A stretch of 64,000 bases of DNA, taken from contig NC_068997.1 in the NCBI RefSeq assembly GCF_001194135.2, positions 9,519,306 through 9,583,305 on the forward strand, read 5' to 3'. This DNA comes from Octopus bimaculoides (Eukaryota). Below are positions 26,240 through 39,110 of the stretch, one piece after another. The notes beneath the pieces were generated by a model. It made no database searches, had not been told where the DNA came from, and saw only the letters and a list, made by a program, of their open reading frames with translations. Within the stretch, counting starts at the first letter, position 1. Every line of letters starts with the position of its first letter. A program made the translations under genes and the position numbers.

Positions 26240-26860
26240 TGCATACATAAGCAAGAGAAATATTTGCCGATGACTGTAGATTTATTTCTCAAAGTACAGA
26301 GAACAGGCAAAACTTGGTAAATGCTTTTGGCAGTGCAACCACAAATTTTGGCTTGAGTATTAGCAACCAGAAGACTAAAGTTCTGAGCCTTAATACAAGC
26401 CAAGCAGTACAATCAGGGCCCATAACTATTGAAGGATAGAAAGAAGCTGATAGAGAAAATCCACTTTATCTGTCTAGGCAGAACAAGCAATAATGATGGC
26501 CGGCTCAGTAATGATCTAGATTACAAGATAAGCAAGGCTGCTAGCTCACCATTTAGATTATTGAGAAAGGGAATTTAGAACAAGCTAATTGCAATACACG
26601 AGAAGTACAAACAAAGTAAACTGAGCAATAGTACAATCCACCCCATTTTACAGATCAGTGACATGACTGTTATACAGCAGACAGATAAACAAAAAGATTA
26701 ATGCATTCGTGACAAAACACCTGAGAAAGTTCATGAACTGGAAAGACAGTGTCGGGAACACTATTGTCCTAAACAAAGGCAAGTCCCTTAGTGTGAGAGA
26801 AATATTAGTATAGCAAAAGCTCTAATGGCTTTGAGCTTGTTTAAAGAAAGGAAAAACTTG
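26240..26860 (+). mobile_element. Decayed RTE-clade LINE reverse transcriptase fragment
   Basis: Translation from 26263 gives FADDCRFISQSTENRQNLVNAFGSATTNFGLSISNQKTKVL. After a frameshift it gives FICLGRTSNNDGRLSNDLDYKISKAAS, matching the RTE-type FADD...FGLxISxxKTKV...FxYLGS...KA pattern, with stops and frameshifts. Confidence 0.8.
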
Positions 26861-27074
26861 GTTATCAAGATGAATTTACAGATGTGCAGCTGTATGAGAA
26901 GCCATGGTAGCCTTCATCCCTTAACTGAGATAAAAGGATGTCATTAAACAGAATTTGAGGAAACTGGTCAGTTGATACCTACAACTGGATCACAGAAACC
27001 CAAAACAGAAACGTTAATGGCAGAAAGTGTCTCACATTTGATACTATGACTTGACATTTTGACACATGGACAGA

Positions 27075-27327
27075 CAGCCCATGTGCCATGTAAAAAAGCA
27101 CCTGAGCTGGTGCCACATAAAAAAAAAAGCAACCATGCTGGTGCCATATAAAAAAGTGCCTGGTACATTCTGTAAAGTGGTTGGTATTAGGAAAGGCATC
27201 CAGCCAAAGAAACCATTTCAAAACAGATAAATGGAGCCTGGTGCAGCTCTCCGGCTTGCCATCTCCTGTCAAACCATCCAATCCATGCCAGCATGGAAAA
27301 CAGACATTAAATGATGATGATGATGAG
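27075..27327 (+). mobile_element. Family C SINE
   Basis: Three short gtgcca(t/c)...taaaaa..gcacc-like head units, the body, and a (gat)n tail. Confidence 0.75.
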
Positions 27328-28386
27328 TTACAGAAACTGAACTTAATGGTCAAAAGACCAAGAGTTCAAATCGTGTTACTGGTTGCTGCATTTTATCACA
27401 GATGAATACATTTGACTTACAACAGCTAAGTACACCTAGACATTAAATATGTACTCTAGTGATGCCCAGCACAATCTTTGTCAGCAAAATAAGAAAATAA
27501 AAACACAATACATTCAATGAATAATCCTTTGTTATTAAAGTCGTGCAGGGTGAGCTTTAACTACTTCTCATTGGTCAGGAGTTAATAGAAAATAAACATA
27601 AATTATCTACCCTTGAATTCGCATGCAAAATCAGGTTTTAGTGCCAACCCAATAAAGCGATAAGCAAAAAGAAAACCACTTTAATTGTATTCTGTCACCG
27701 AGGAGTATTCTCTGTACAATTTAATGCTCAAACATTGTGCATTTCGAGTGAACAAAAAAAAAAAAAAAAAAAAAAAAAGAAAACCAGAAAGAGAAATAAA
27801 ATAGAAATAAAGTCTACTTCTTACTGTTAAAGAAAACCACAAATAAAAATCTTGTCATTCATCATAACTCATTTGAATTGACTTTCAGACACAACTTGAA
27901 TAAATATTCTGAAAAATTACATTCATGAAAACAAATTGTACAACATTTGTTAGTCATAACAAATCACACCTGTGTATGGAAGAGCTCTAACATTTGTTGT
28001 TATTGTTGTTGTCATTGTTAATGTTTTCCTGTTGACCACTTTATGGAGCAAGTTAGCAGCCAGCCTTGCTGAATTGACAAAAGGCAGGAGGACAATGACT
28101 AAGAGATAATGCTCTCTACATTTTATAATTTACAAAGTTGTGTTGTGACGAGACTTCCAGCTCATAGTTCACACTCTTTCAAGGTTGACTAATCCCTTTC
28201 ATCGTTAGTGGTGGTGGTGGAGGTGAGGATGAGTTTAGTATGCAGATATTTAATGTACACACGAAATTACCACGTGGATAACACATTGGGCTGCCAGTTA
28301 ACGATTGTGAATACCTATCACAAAGAGAATGCTTGGCTGTATTTCTAAGCAGGAAACTATTGCATTATATTTTAAATATATATGTA

Positions 28387-28592
28387 TAGGCATCCCTTGT
28401 GTTACGGAAGCATTATGCTCCTGAAAATATTGCTGTAGTGTAGTTCCATAATGTTAAACATAAATCTTTCATTGATTCCATCTTCATTGACTTCTATGGA
28501 ACTGGGGAATCCAATGGGAAAATAGACCTCTGCATTATGGTAAGATTTTCAGGAGCATTACTGTTCTGTAATTTGGGTTAAAGGTTCTACAA
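28387..28592. mobile_element. Tigger-like MITE
   Basis: Perfect 14-bp inner inverted repeat atgctcctgaaaat (28415-28428) / attttcaggagcat (28545-28558); ends resemble TA-CAGGCATCCC and GGTTCTACTG-TA. Confidence 0.5.
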
Positions 28593-28695
28593 TGGCACAC
28601 AGACATAAATAAACATAGAAAAGAGCAACTGCTTAAATTAACCCCCTAAATACATCTGTAGACCTAAACCAAAACTTCTTCTCATCTCCTTTTAA

Positions 28696-29292
28696 CCCTT
28701 TAGCATTCAAACCAGCCAAAATATTCAACCTGTTTTACATTGAAACTGACCAGGTCTGACTTCTCACCTCAACTCTACAATGTAATTCTAACATTAAACA
28801 ATCACATCAGTGAAATCTCTAAACTACAAGATAATGCATGATTATTTAAAAAAATATAAATAAACATGGAGTGGCTGTGTGGTAAGTAGCCTGCTTACCA
28901 ACCACATGGTTCTGGGTTCAGTCCAACTGTGTGGCACCTTGGGCAAATGTTTTCTATTATAGCCTTGGGCAGACCAAAACCATGTGAGTGGATTTGGTAG
29001 ATGGAAACTGAAAGAAACCCATCATATATATATGTTTGTGAGTCTGTGTTTGTCCCCTTCACCATTGCTTGGCAACTGATGTTGGTGTGTTTACGTCCCC
29101 GTAACTTAGCAGTTCAGCAAAAGAACCTAATAAAATAAGTACTAGGCTTTCAAAGAATAAATCCTGGGGTCGATTTATTCAACTAAAGGCAGCGCTCTAG
29201 CATGGCTGCAGTCAAATGACTGTAACAAATAAAAGAATAAAAAAAGAATAAATAAACATGATATTCGACAGATTAATCTAAACACTAAAGGC
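28696..29292. mobile_element. piggyBac-like MITE, family 1, interrupted by a family A SINE
   Basis: TTAA|ccctttagcatt...ctaaaggc|TTAA; after removing the SINE it is the reverse complement of 45379-45599. Confidence 0.75.
28869..29247 (+). mobile_element. Full-length family A tRNA-derived SINE with 13-bp TSD
   Basis: Head gagtggctgtgtggtaag...gggttcagtcc, CORE-like ccttgggcaa and tail (aaaagaat)n; TSD ataaataaacatg at 28856-28868 and 29248-29260. Confidence 0.85.
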
Positions 29293-29574
29293 TTAATGTA
29301 TTTTATGTAATCGTTAGATACTAGAAACTGCACAAAACATTTTTATCCTGGCAGTCTTCCTAAAAAATGCTTTAACTGAAATATCCACCATTTCTATGCA
29401 TTCTTCTCGAACTGTCTATTAACCCATAAAACACCACTCTCATTGAATCTAACAAACTATTTAATTCTTCCAATTTTAATTATGAAAAATGAAAAAAATT
29501 CATAGTAATAACTTTTCCACCATGTTGAATGTCTTTGGAAGCAAAGGCCTGGCCAGAGCAATTTAGAGGAATAA

Positions 29575-29815
29575 CTGCTTTCTTATTTCTTTATTGCCCA
29601 CAAGGGGCTACACACAGAGGGGACAAATAAAGACAGACAAAGGGATTAAGTCGATTACACCAACTCCAGTACTCAACTGGTACTTGATTTATTGACCCTG
29701 AAAGGATGAAAGGCAAAGTTGATCTCAGCAGAATTTGAACTCAGAACATAACGGCAGACGAAATACTGCTAAGCATTTCGCCCCGCGTGCTAACGATTCT
29801 GCCAGCTCGCCACCC
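29575..29815 (-). mobile_element. Family B SINE with an alternative long tail
   Basis: Family B head and core with CpGs retained; tail (sense) ...tttgtcccctctgtgtgtagccccttgtgggcaataaagaaataag. Confidence 0.8.
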
Positions 29816-31319
29816 CAGGTCTCTGCTTTCTGTTACACTAAAGTAGTTGAAGAGAGATTTGCCTTGTGAATGGATGGCTACAACAAATACAAAAACAATG
29901 CTGTGGGCAGTAAAAGACTGGCTTCAGGGGTCATTTCTCCAGATGCCATTTCTTCTTCTTCAGGTTAATGGATGTTTAAGTCTATGTATGTGTGCATGTC
30001 TGTATGCATGCATGTATCTGTGTATGTAATGTGTCTGTGTGTATGTGTATCAAGAAGTACACATATATATGCATAAACATGAGCTAACAATGCAGCCTCT
30101 ATGTAGTAATTCAACCAACTAGAAATAGTAGCCAAACCTCCCTGTTGGAAAAAAACACAAAAAAAAAAAAAGAATTTGGCTGTCTGAATGCAATACAAGG
30201 AAGGTCATGTTTGGAAAGGCATTTGATTCATAAATCTACTCATTTAAGGCTGACCCAGAACAGCAACCACAACAACATGCAATTATATACAACACAAAGA
30301 TGTACTCTGGTATGTTGTGAGAAATAAGGAATAAAGTTTCAGAGAGATGTTCTTCACACAACACACCAACATCTGCATCTTTTATTTATAATTCCAAACT
30401 AATTCAAACTAATGCAGAATCATTGCTGCCAACCAATTCTAATGACTGCTACTGGTTATTTATATATCACACTTTGCAATATTACAACAGAAAACTGGAA
30501 ACAGTATAAAAATATAAAGACATTAGAGTCTGTACAGATTTTATTCCTGTTACTAATCTTTATTAGTTGGTTCAATAGCTTTAACGTTCGAGTTTACATT
30601 TTGGGATATGAGACAACTGCACAGTGCTGAAATACAACAAGATAAAGCTGGACATTAAATTTTTTCTAAAATCCTGTTCAGAGAAGAATTTATTTTTAGC
30701 CGAAATAAACAGCTTTATGGCTTAGCTGAACTTTTCTCTGTTGCTCACTATTATATACGACTAGCTGGATTTTATATTCTTTTTTAAATTGCATTTTCTT
30801 TCATAACGTTGACAGCATTCCTCTTTAGAGTTAGTCTCTAAATGTGCTATAATTTCTCTATAACCTACAGAAGTGAAATAGTTTTCCTTCAGTCTTCTTT
30901 TAAGAATGGTGNNNNNNNNNNNNNNNNNNNNNNNNNNNNNNNNNNNNNNNNNNNNNNNNNNNNNNNNNNNNNNNNNNNNNNNNNNNNNNNNNNNNNNNNN
31001 NNNNNNNNNNNNNNNNNNNNNNNNNNNNNNNNNNNNNNNNNNNNNNNNNNNNNNNNNNNNNNNNNNTGGGGGGAGAGGGAGGGGGAGAAAGAGAAAGAAT
31101 AAAGAAAAGAGAGTTTGCATAGGAAAGTGAATAGAAAATGGAGGAGATAAAACTGCAAGGACTGGAAGAGTAGAGGGGTGTCAGGGTGAATAGAAGAGTA
31201 GCAAATAATAAGTGAAAAGGGGTGCAATGGAAGTAATGATAGTCTGTACAGCTTTATTTATATGAGCGAAAGAGGGCAAAGGAAAAGACACACATACATA
31301 GAGAATATTTACTGAGTGC

Positions 31320-31355
31320 ATGTATATGGGTGTGTATGTGGGGGTGTATATACAT

Positions 31356-31436
<81 letters not shown>

Positions 31437-31599
31437 TATACACACACATATACACACATATATATATATACACATATATATACACATATATATATACACA
31501 CACATATACACACACATATATATACACATATATATATATACACACATATATATACACACATATATACACACACACACACATATATATACACACATATAT

Positions 31600-31652
<53 letters not shown>

Positions 31653-31740
31653 CATATACACACCTAAATATATATATATATATATATATAACACAAATAT
31701 ATACATGCACACCCAAATACAAACACACACATACACATTA
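31320..31740. repeat. Compound (TA)n/(CA)n microsatellite
   Basis: Directly visible; source of the spurious YI/HT/CV ORFs. Confidence 0.95.
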
Positions 31741-33151
31741 GACCGACCGACAGACAGACAGACAGACAGAACATATACAAATGCAACAAAAATAAATATA
31801 AATCCACAAAGAAAGCAGCTAAGATGGGGGGGGGTGCAGGAGATGGGTGACCAAGTGAGAGAGGAGGAGGTGTTGATAGGTATTTACTCAATGTGACAAT
31901 GTGTTCTTTCTTTATGTGGTGAAGCCTTTATAACATTTGTTTATTTATTTCAATTAAGAGAAAAGTGAAAGAATCATTGTAGGTAACAAGTTATTAGAAG
32001 AAAGGAAAGAAGAAAGGAAGAGAAAAAGGTAAATGTGGGGGTAAGTTGCGGGAGATGGGTAACAAGACATTATAGTAGGTTACAACAATATTAGTGACAC
32101 TATGGCCATGACTGTATGATTAGGGAGTTTGTGAAGTAGTGATGTGATTCCAAGTTCAAAACCACTGTGTGAAATCTTGGGCCAATGGCTTCTACCATAG
32201 CTTTAGGGTGATTCAAGTTTTGTGTATGAAGTTGTGTAGACAGAAGCATGCTGGATGGCTTGTAGATGTTTTTGGGTGGAAGATGTAATTCATTGCCCTG
32301 TATAGCTCTATCTTTGTGACTTTAGCCCTTCGATGCATTTCGCAGAAGAGTTTACTCTGTTGTAAGCATTTAAACCAGATGTCCTTGTCAGAAGATTATT
32401 TATGAGGTGAGTCATCGGTTTTGCTTCTCTTGGAGACCCTGCAAAACAGTTATGGTTGCTTCTATTCCTACACTAATTCCAGACATTTCACACACATACA
32501 TGATGGACTTCATTCAGTTTCTGTTTACCAAATCTACTCACAAGTCTTTGATCAACCCAGTACTATAGCAGAAAAGGACACTTGCCCAAAGTACCATGCA
32601 GTGGGACTGAACCTGAGCCCACATGGCTTGGAAGCAAGATTCTTAACCACACAGCCATGCCTGCAATTATATATAAGCTGTAAATTTGAAGATCAAGTTC
32701 ACTGCACAAAGAAGTAAGGTTATTACTGCATCATTAATTCATTACAGAAGCACAAGGCATCAAACTGATACGGTCAAATGAATAATAGTGTGATAGTCAT
32801 GCTTTCTCTCAAGAACAATGATTGTTTCAAATTTAGACACAAGGCCGAGGCCAGCAGTTTTAAGGAAACTGATTTAATCAATTCCAACAACTCCAGTATT
32901 TCACTACTACTTTACTTTATTCACTGGGTATGGTGGTGGAGTGAAAGGCATAGTTGACCTTGGTGAGATTTGAACTCCAAAATATGTAAAAATCACACTG
33001 ACATCATCTCTAATTCAGTTTACAGACAGAACAATTACCAATAGTCAACAGCATGTAGATATATGGTTTGTTTGCTTGAAGTAATGAGTTCAAATCTTTT
33101 AGAGAAGACAAGAGAAAAACTTTTCCAAATATCTTATCCGCCTTTCAACCA

Positions 33152-33208
<57 letters not shown>

Positions 33209-33924
33209 ATTTGGTGGTTTTTTTTCTTAAATAACCCAATAAGTTGTGGAAGATTACTGCTTTCATGAAAAGAGATTCGACAATAAACATATCTAAGTCC
33301 TTGACATTACAGTTTGTATTACAGCACATAATGGAACTAAGTAGAGCTGAAAACCTTATTATCTCATTTACAAACAATGTCTTTAACTCTGCAATTAGAG
33401 ATGACTTTTGTCTAAAACAAAACAAACAAAAAAGGAGTAGAGTAAAAGAAAAAGTCATGATAAAAAGAAGAAATGTCAGAGACGAAAAGACTGCATGAAT
33501 AACATAAAATCTTTTTCATTATCTTCTTAAATGGCCTTGATAACATCACATAATAAGAGTATTGTTCTAGTTTATTCCTAACAAGTTTGAATAAATTTCA
33601 CTGTAATGAAGTTTTTCTAACTTCTCTTTCTTCTAAAAAATTTGGAATGAAAAGGAAGGAAACAGACAGAAAGAAATAACAAGAAAAAATATAACACTTC
33701 CATAAAAAAACAAAATCCTTTGGACTGGATTATGATGCTAAATCTAAATTTAAAGGAGGTAGATTTAGACAAATGAATCATCCTGCTCAGGTTTACTTTC
33801 TGGTTACAGAAAAATGTGAATGAAAATAAGTAGAATCTCACAAGGTTTGAACAGCAAAAAAACTGAAGTATGAAAATAATGTAAGAAAACAGCACAGAAA
33901 AGAAATAAAGTTCCTTCTCAAGTC

Positions 33925-34152
33925 ATATAGACTCATAAGATTGGCTTCCACAAGTTTCCATGGCAAATGTATTCCGCACCTGGATGGGACGCCAGTCCAT
34001 CACAGGATTGCTTATTTTACGAGCTGAGTGGACTGGAGCAACATAAAAATGAAGTGTTTGGCTCAAAAAACAACACGTCACCCAGTTCAGGAATCAAAAC
34101 CACAATCTTATGATCATTAGTCCAACACCCTAACCACTGAGCCAGACACCTC
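33925..34152 (-). mobile_element. Family D-type SINE with a V-domain-like segment
   Basis: Sense strand contains cctgtgatggactggcgtcccatccagg, which resembles the V-SINE central domain as I recall it; the domain assignment is unverified. Confidence 0.6.
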
Positions 34153-35741
34153 TCCACCAGCAGAGAGTACTTATAACAAAAACTACCAGAAATTTATGGT
34201 TCAGTTTTGAGCAAAATACAAATTCTAAGAACGTATTTTTCACTATCAAATTTGTCTTTTAGTACATCCATCTACATTACATTTTCACTGATCTATTTTG
34301 GGATCACCTTCAAATGCAATGTTTCCAATATATTCCCAGGCCTAGAGGCTAATGTGCTAAATATGCTTAATGAGACATTGACAATACTTCAAGAAGATAG
34401 ATAGACAGACGGACGGACGGACGAACAGATAGATAGATAGGTAGATAGATGGATAGATATAAGCATATAGATAGATAGATAGATAGATAGGTAGATAGAT
34501 AGGTAGATAGATAGATAGATAGGTATATAGATAGATAGATAGATAGATATATGACAGGTTTCTTTCAGTAGATAGTAAAACACACACACAACAGGTTTCT
34601 TTCAGTTTCTAACTACTAAATCCAACCACAAGGTTTTGATCACCTTGGGGCTGTAGTAGAAGACACTTGCTTAAAGTGCCAAACGGTGGGACTGAACCTG
34701 GAGCTATGTGGTTAAGAAGCAAGCTTCTCACCATTACTACACGGCCAGAAACGAAGTTTTAACAGAGAGACATAAAGCGTAATTAATAGGATTATCTCTC
34801 AGTGTGAATAAACTAGTAAAAGTGTCAAACAGCAGGTTGTGTGACCGAAGTCAGATTAATGCACTTTCAAGGTATTTTGTTGAATCAACAACAAATAATA
34901 AAATGAATATGTCAAGCTGACCAAGAATTGCAACCTTTTGTGCATTTTGTTCACATGGTAACTACCTATAAAACTTAGCTATCAACACAGGATTCGAGAA
35001 AGGAAGAGAGGGAGAGAAAAAATTCTTTTGATCAGTAAACCACTAAGAAGCTTTGAGAAAAACGCACACAGATAACACATACATCCATATAAATCTCAAA
35101 CACACATTATTACTATGTTTATAGAGCCAAACAAACAAAAAAAAAGGCAAAACAAAAAAAAACTCACACGCACACACAAAGGCAAATAAGGATAAAAATA
35201 CTCGCAGTATGTGTTAGTGACGAGCAGGATTTGTAGCGAGTGCATGCAATATGTCCATTAGTGTTGTTTCCCTGTGCAGCTGTGCTCTGTGATATTTGTT
35301 TGATGCATTCCGATGCAGCAGCAGCAGCAACACTCTATGGAGTTTTGGTTTCAAACCGAACACCCCCTCCTCCGTCGTCCACTTCCCCCCCCCCGTCCCC
35401 TCCCTTCAAAGGTGGGGGACAGCACAGCTGACACTATAACCTCTACTAGTTAATTCTTGGAACCGTTATTTAACTAATAAATACATCCTCCTCCCCACNN
35501 NNNNNNNNNNNNNNNNNNNNNNNNNNNNNNNNNNNNNNNNNNNNNNNNNNNNNNNNNNNNNNNNNNNNNNNNNNNNNNNNNNNNACCACCACCACCACCA
35601 CCACTTATGATTACAGATGTGTTAGCTTCAGTAATACTTATTTACATTGAATAACTTGACCCACTTTCAAAAGTTCCCATCCTGGTTGTGGTTAAAAAGA
35701 TAAAAAAGAAAAGATATACATATACATACTTACACACATCG

Positions 35742-35788
<47 letters not shown>

Positions 35789-35817
35789 CAGAGAGAGACA
35801 GTGTTTATTTCTTCAGT

Positions 35818-35861
<44 letters not shown>

Positions 35862-35871
35862 NNNNNNNNNN

Positions 35872-35914
<43 letters not shown>

Positions 35915-37264
35915 AACAATTCAGAGCTGGTAAATTTAAGTAAACTTAGTAGAAACAAACAGCCTTCACTATGTTGTGGTCGTTTCAAAAGGAACTATCT
36001 CACAGGTTTACGCAATTTATGAGACTCTTCTCTTTATGTGACATTTTATTTTATTCATCTTTCTTGTGCTTGTTATTTATATGGTGTTAGTAGCCGACAA
36101 ATACTAAACCTGTACATTAAATATATTAAATTTCACAAGTAATTTTACTGTCAAGTAGAGATGTACTATTAATCAACAGCAAGGGAAGAAAATACTATTT
36201 ACTTTTCAACACCTTTCTTCTGAAAGAAAAGAATGGAATTATAAATTAATTTTTGTATAATAGAGTTCTTTTAAAAGACTGTTGAAGGTTCACAGGAGAG
36301 AATTATAGTTTGGAACATAAGCTTGTTTAAACTCAATAATTTAATTGCTTTATCACAATTAGAAAAACCGCACAAATTCTCATGTGAAAAGATAATTTAG
36401 AAATATCCATGACACCGGTTTCACAATAAACATTTCCTCCAAAGAATCTAGTTCAAGTTACAAAGTGATCGTCTCATTTTGAGGTAATTTGGAAACCAGG
36501 GTTATGCTGAAATCCTGGGATGCAGCATGGAGGATGTGAACTATTTAGGCAAATGAACTTATTGAGTTGATGGCAAATGTCACTTGATGCTGAGTGAATG
36601 GACAACAAACTATCAACAGCCAAGATCAACCAGTTCGGTGAGTGAGCTACTGCTTTCATCTGCAGCCATGGTCTGCATACATGAGACATTCAGCTATTGA
36701 AAGACTGTTATTGGTCTTTCAATACCTGAATGCAGAAACTAATACGACTTATTGGTCTGGGTCAAGTCACCCAATTGGATGATGAAGAAGAGGAGGAGGA
36801 AGCAAGCTAAGGTGAAAAAAAAAAAGCAGTTGAAGTTTGTGAGTGTCCACTTTAAAAAGACTGTTTACATAAATATTGATATTATTTCGTGATCTCTTCA
36901 CCATTCTCAGAAACATTTTTCCACCCTGAGCCAATACTCCTACATGGTCACGAAACCTGCTAAAATTATCAACTAAATCTACCTCAAATTACACCCTACT
37001 GTCCTTAAAAAAGTAAAAATCATTCAGTAATGTAGTTCTAGAAATATTACCCTAAAAATGGTCAAAACTGCAGTACCTTTGACCATGGGTTTGCTTACTC
37101 AGAGCTAACCAGGAGTTAACATTTTTCTTCACAACCCAATGAGGGAGTCCATATATGGTTGTTCAAGAAGCTAGAATTAATAAATAAATCTTCTTCAAAT
37201 CTCACACTACTGTCTAAAAAAATGAAGGACATATTGAATAAATATTGTCCAAGATATATTATCT

Positions 37265-37655
37265 TTTAACTTTCACTTATATCAGTCATTGAACTGTGGC
37301 CATGCTGGGGCACCACCTTGAAGGGTTTAGTCGAACAAATAGACCCAAGTACTAATAAGTCAGGTAATTATTCAATCAGCCTCTTTTGTCAAACTGCTAA
37401 GTTATGTGGATGTAAACAAACCAACACTGGTTGTCAAGTAGTGGTAGGAACAGGCACAAACACAAAGATACATGCATGCACACACATACACACACATGAT
37501 GGATTTCCACACAGTTTCCATCTACCAAATGCATTCATAAGGCCTTGGTTGTCCCAGGGCTATAACAGAAGGTATTTGCAAAAGTTGCTATCTAGTGGGA
37601 CTGAACCCAAAACCACATGTTTGCAAAGCAAGATTCTTAGCCACACAGCCATGCC
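37265..37655 (-). mobile_element. Family A SINE
   Basis: Reverse complement of the 28869 and 44227 copies. Confidence 0.8.
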
Positions 37656-38364
37656 AGTATCTATATTATGTCTAAAAAAAAAGAAAAAAACAAAGACTGC
37701 AATGCCTTTTATCATAGGTTTGCTGGTAATATGACCCAGGGTTAAAAAAAACATTTTCCATCATACCAACAGAAAAGAAAAAAATTTTAAATATACATGA
37801 TGAGTACTGATTCCAATTAGCTATTAAGTATGAATGTGATAAAATCTGCCATATATTGTAAACTTCTATTTCAATTAATAAAATTAATTAAAAATATTTC
37901 TTCCCCACCCTTTCAAAGACTTAAAGATAAAAACTTTGAAAACTGTCCGGAAAATTTTGAGTTTGGCTTAATTTAAACCCTACACAGAATGTATTTGTAA
38001 TAAATCCCAGTGGTAGTTGAATATGCCAAGCAGTATTTATTTCAGCTTGTTACATGTTGAATTCAAATTTGATAGAAGTCGACTTTGTCTTTCACCCTCC
38101 TGGGGTCAATAAATAAAGTATCAGTCCATAGCAGTGGTATGACAGAATTATTAAGAGTTTTAAAGAGGAGATCTTGCAATATTTGCTCCGGTTCTAAATC
38201 CCACTGTGGCCTACTTAGAGAGCAGACTTAATCTATCCTCCATTTCAACACCACCACCTGGTTCATGGGTGCCTTTCGTCCACTATATTGTAAATGTTTA
38301 AGTCTTTGGTTTGAAGATATTTTTCTCCCTTTCTCCCTTCCACCAGTCTTGGAGGCCCTTTAGA

Positions 38365-38410
38365 GCAGCAGTCCCCACTCTTTGAAGCACCACAGACTGG
38401 TTTCATGCCA
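38365..38410 (+). mobile_element. Possible hAT-Charlie-type left terminus fragment
   Basis: cagcagtccccactctttgaagcaccacagactggtttcatg resembles Charlie/MER1-type ends recalled from memory; no right end found. Confidence 0.35.
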
Positions 38411-38484
38411 AGGTGTCATATACATGGTATGGAGCTAAGCAGAAAGAATAAATTGGATAATTTTTAAAATTTTGAATTTTATTA

Positions 38485-38700
38485 TTTTGGTTTCAAATTT
38501 TGGCACAAGGCCAGTAAATTCAGGGAGGAGGACGAATCAGTTACATTGACCCCAGTGCTCAACTGGTACTTATTTTATGAAGTCTGAAAGGAGGAAAGAC
38601 AAAGTCAACCCCAGTGGCATTTGAACCTAGAACATAAAGACAGATGAAATTCTGCTGAGCATTTTGCCCACTGTGCTAACAATTGTAACAGCTCAATGCT
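38485..38700 (-). mobile_element. Family B SINE
   Basis: Tail gtttcaaattttggcacaagg on +, with core and head present. Confidence 0.8.
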
Positions 38701-39076
38701 GCAGAAACATCAATAGAATCAATTATCAACAGTTGGATATTTCTGATTAAATAAAGTCAATTAAATTGCTTGATTGTAGTGAGCGGAAACTCGTTATGGG
38801 GTGAGTGGACAACAAGAGAAATCTTCAGATATAGGAACTCCAACCAAACAAGTATTTTCACCCATTAGTTCTCAATAATCTGAGGGAAACAGGCCCACCT
38901 AGGTAGTGACTCCCAAGTGCTCTGCTGTTATTGCACATATGTGTGAAATAAATACTATATATATATATATATATATATCATCATCATTGCTTAATGTCCA
39001 CTTTCCATGCTGGTATGGGATGGACGGTCTGACTGAGGGCTGGTGAACCAGAAGGCTACACCAGGCACCAATCTAT

Positions 39077-39110
<34 letters not shown>

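Noticed and set aside
27754-27780. Poly(A) run as the end of a processed pseudogene
   Set aside because: No ORF upstream, no flanking TSD, and the nearest AATAAA is about 100 nt away.
31181-31896. Long ORFs of YI/CV/HT dipeptides here and at 23-25 kb, 59.6-60.3 kb and elsewhere, plus poly-X ORFs across N-gaps
   Set aside because: They are translations of microsatellites or assembly gaps with no coding signal.
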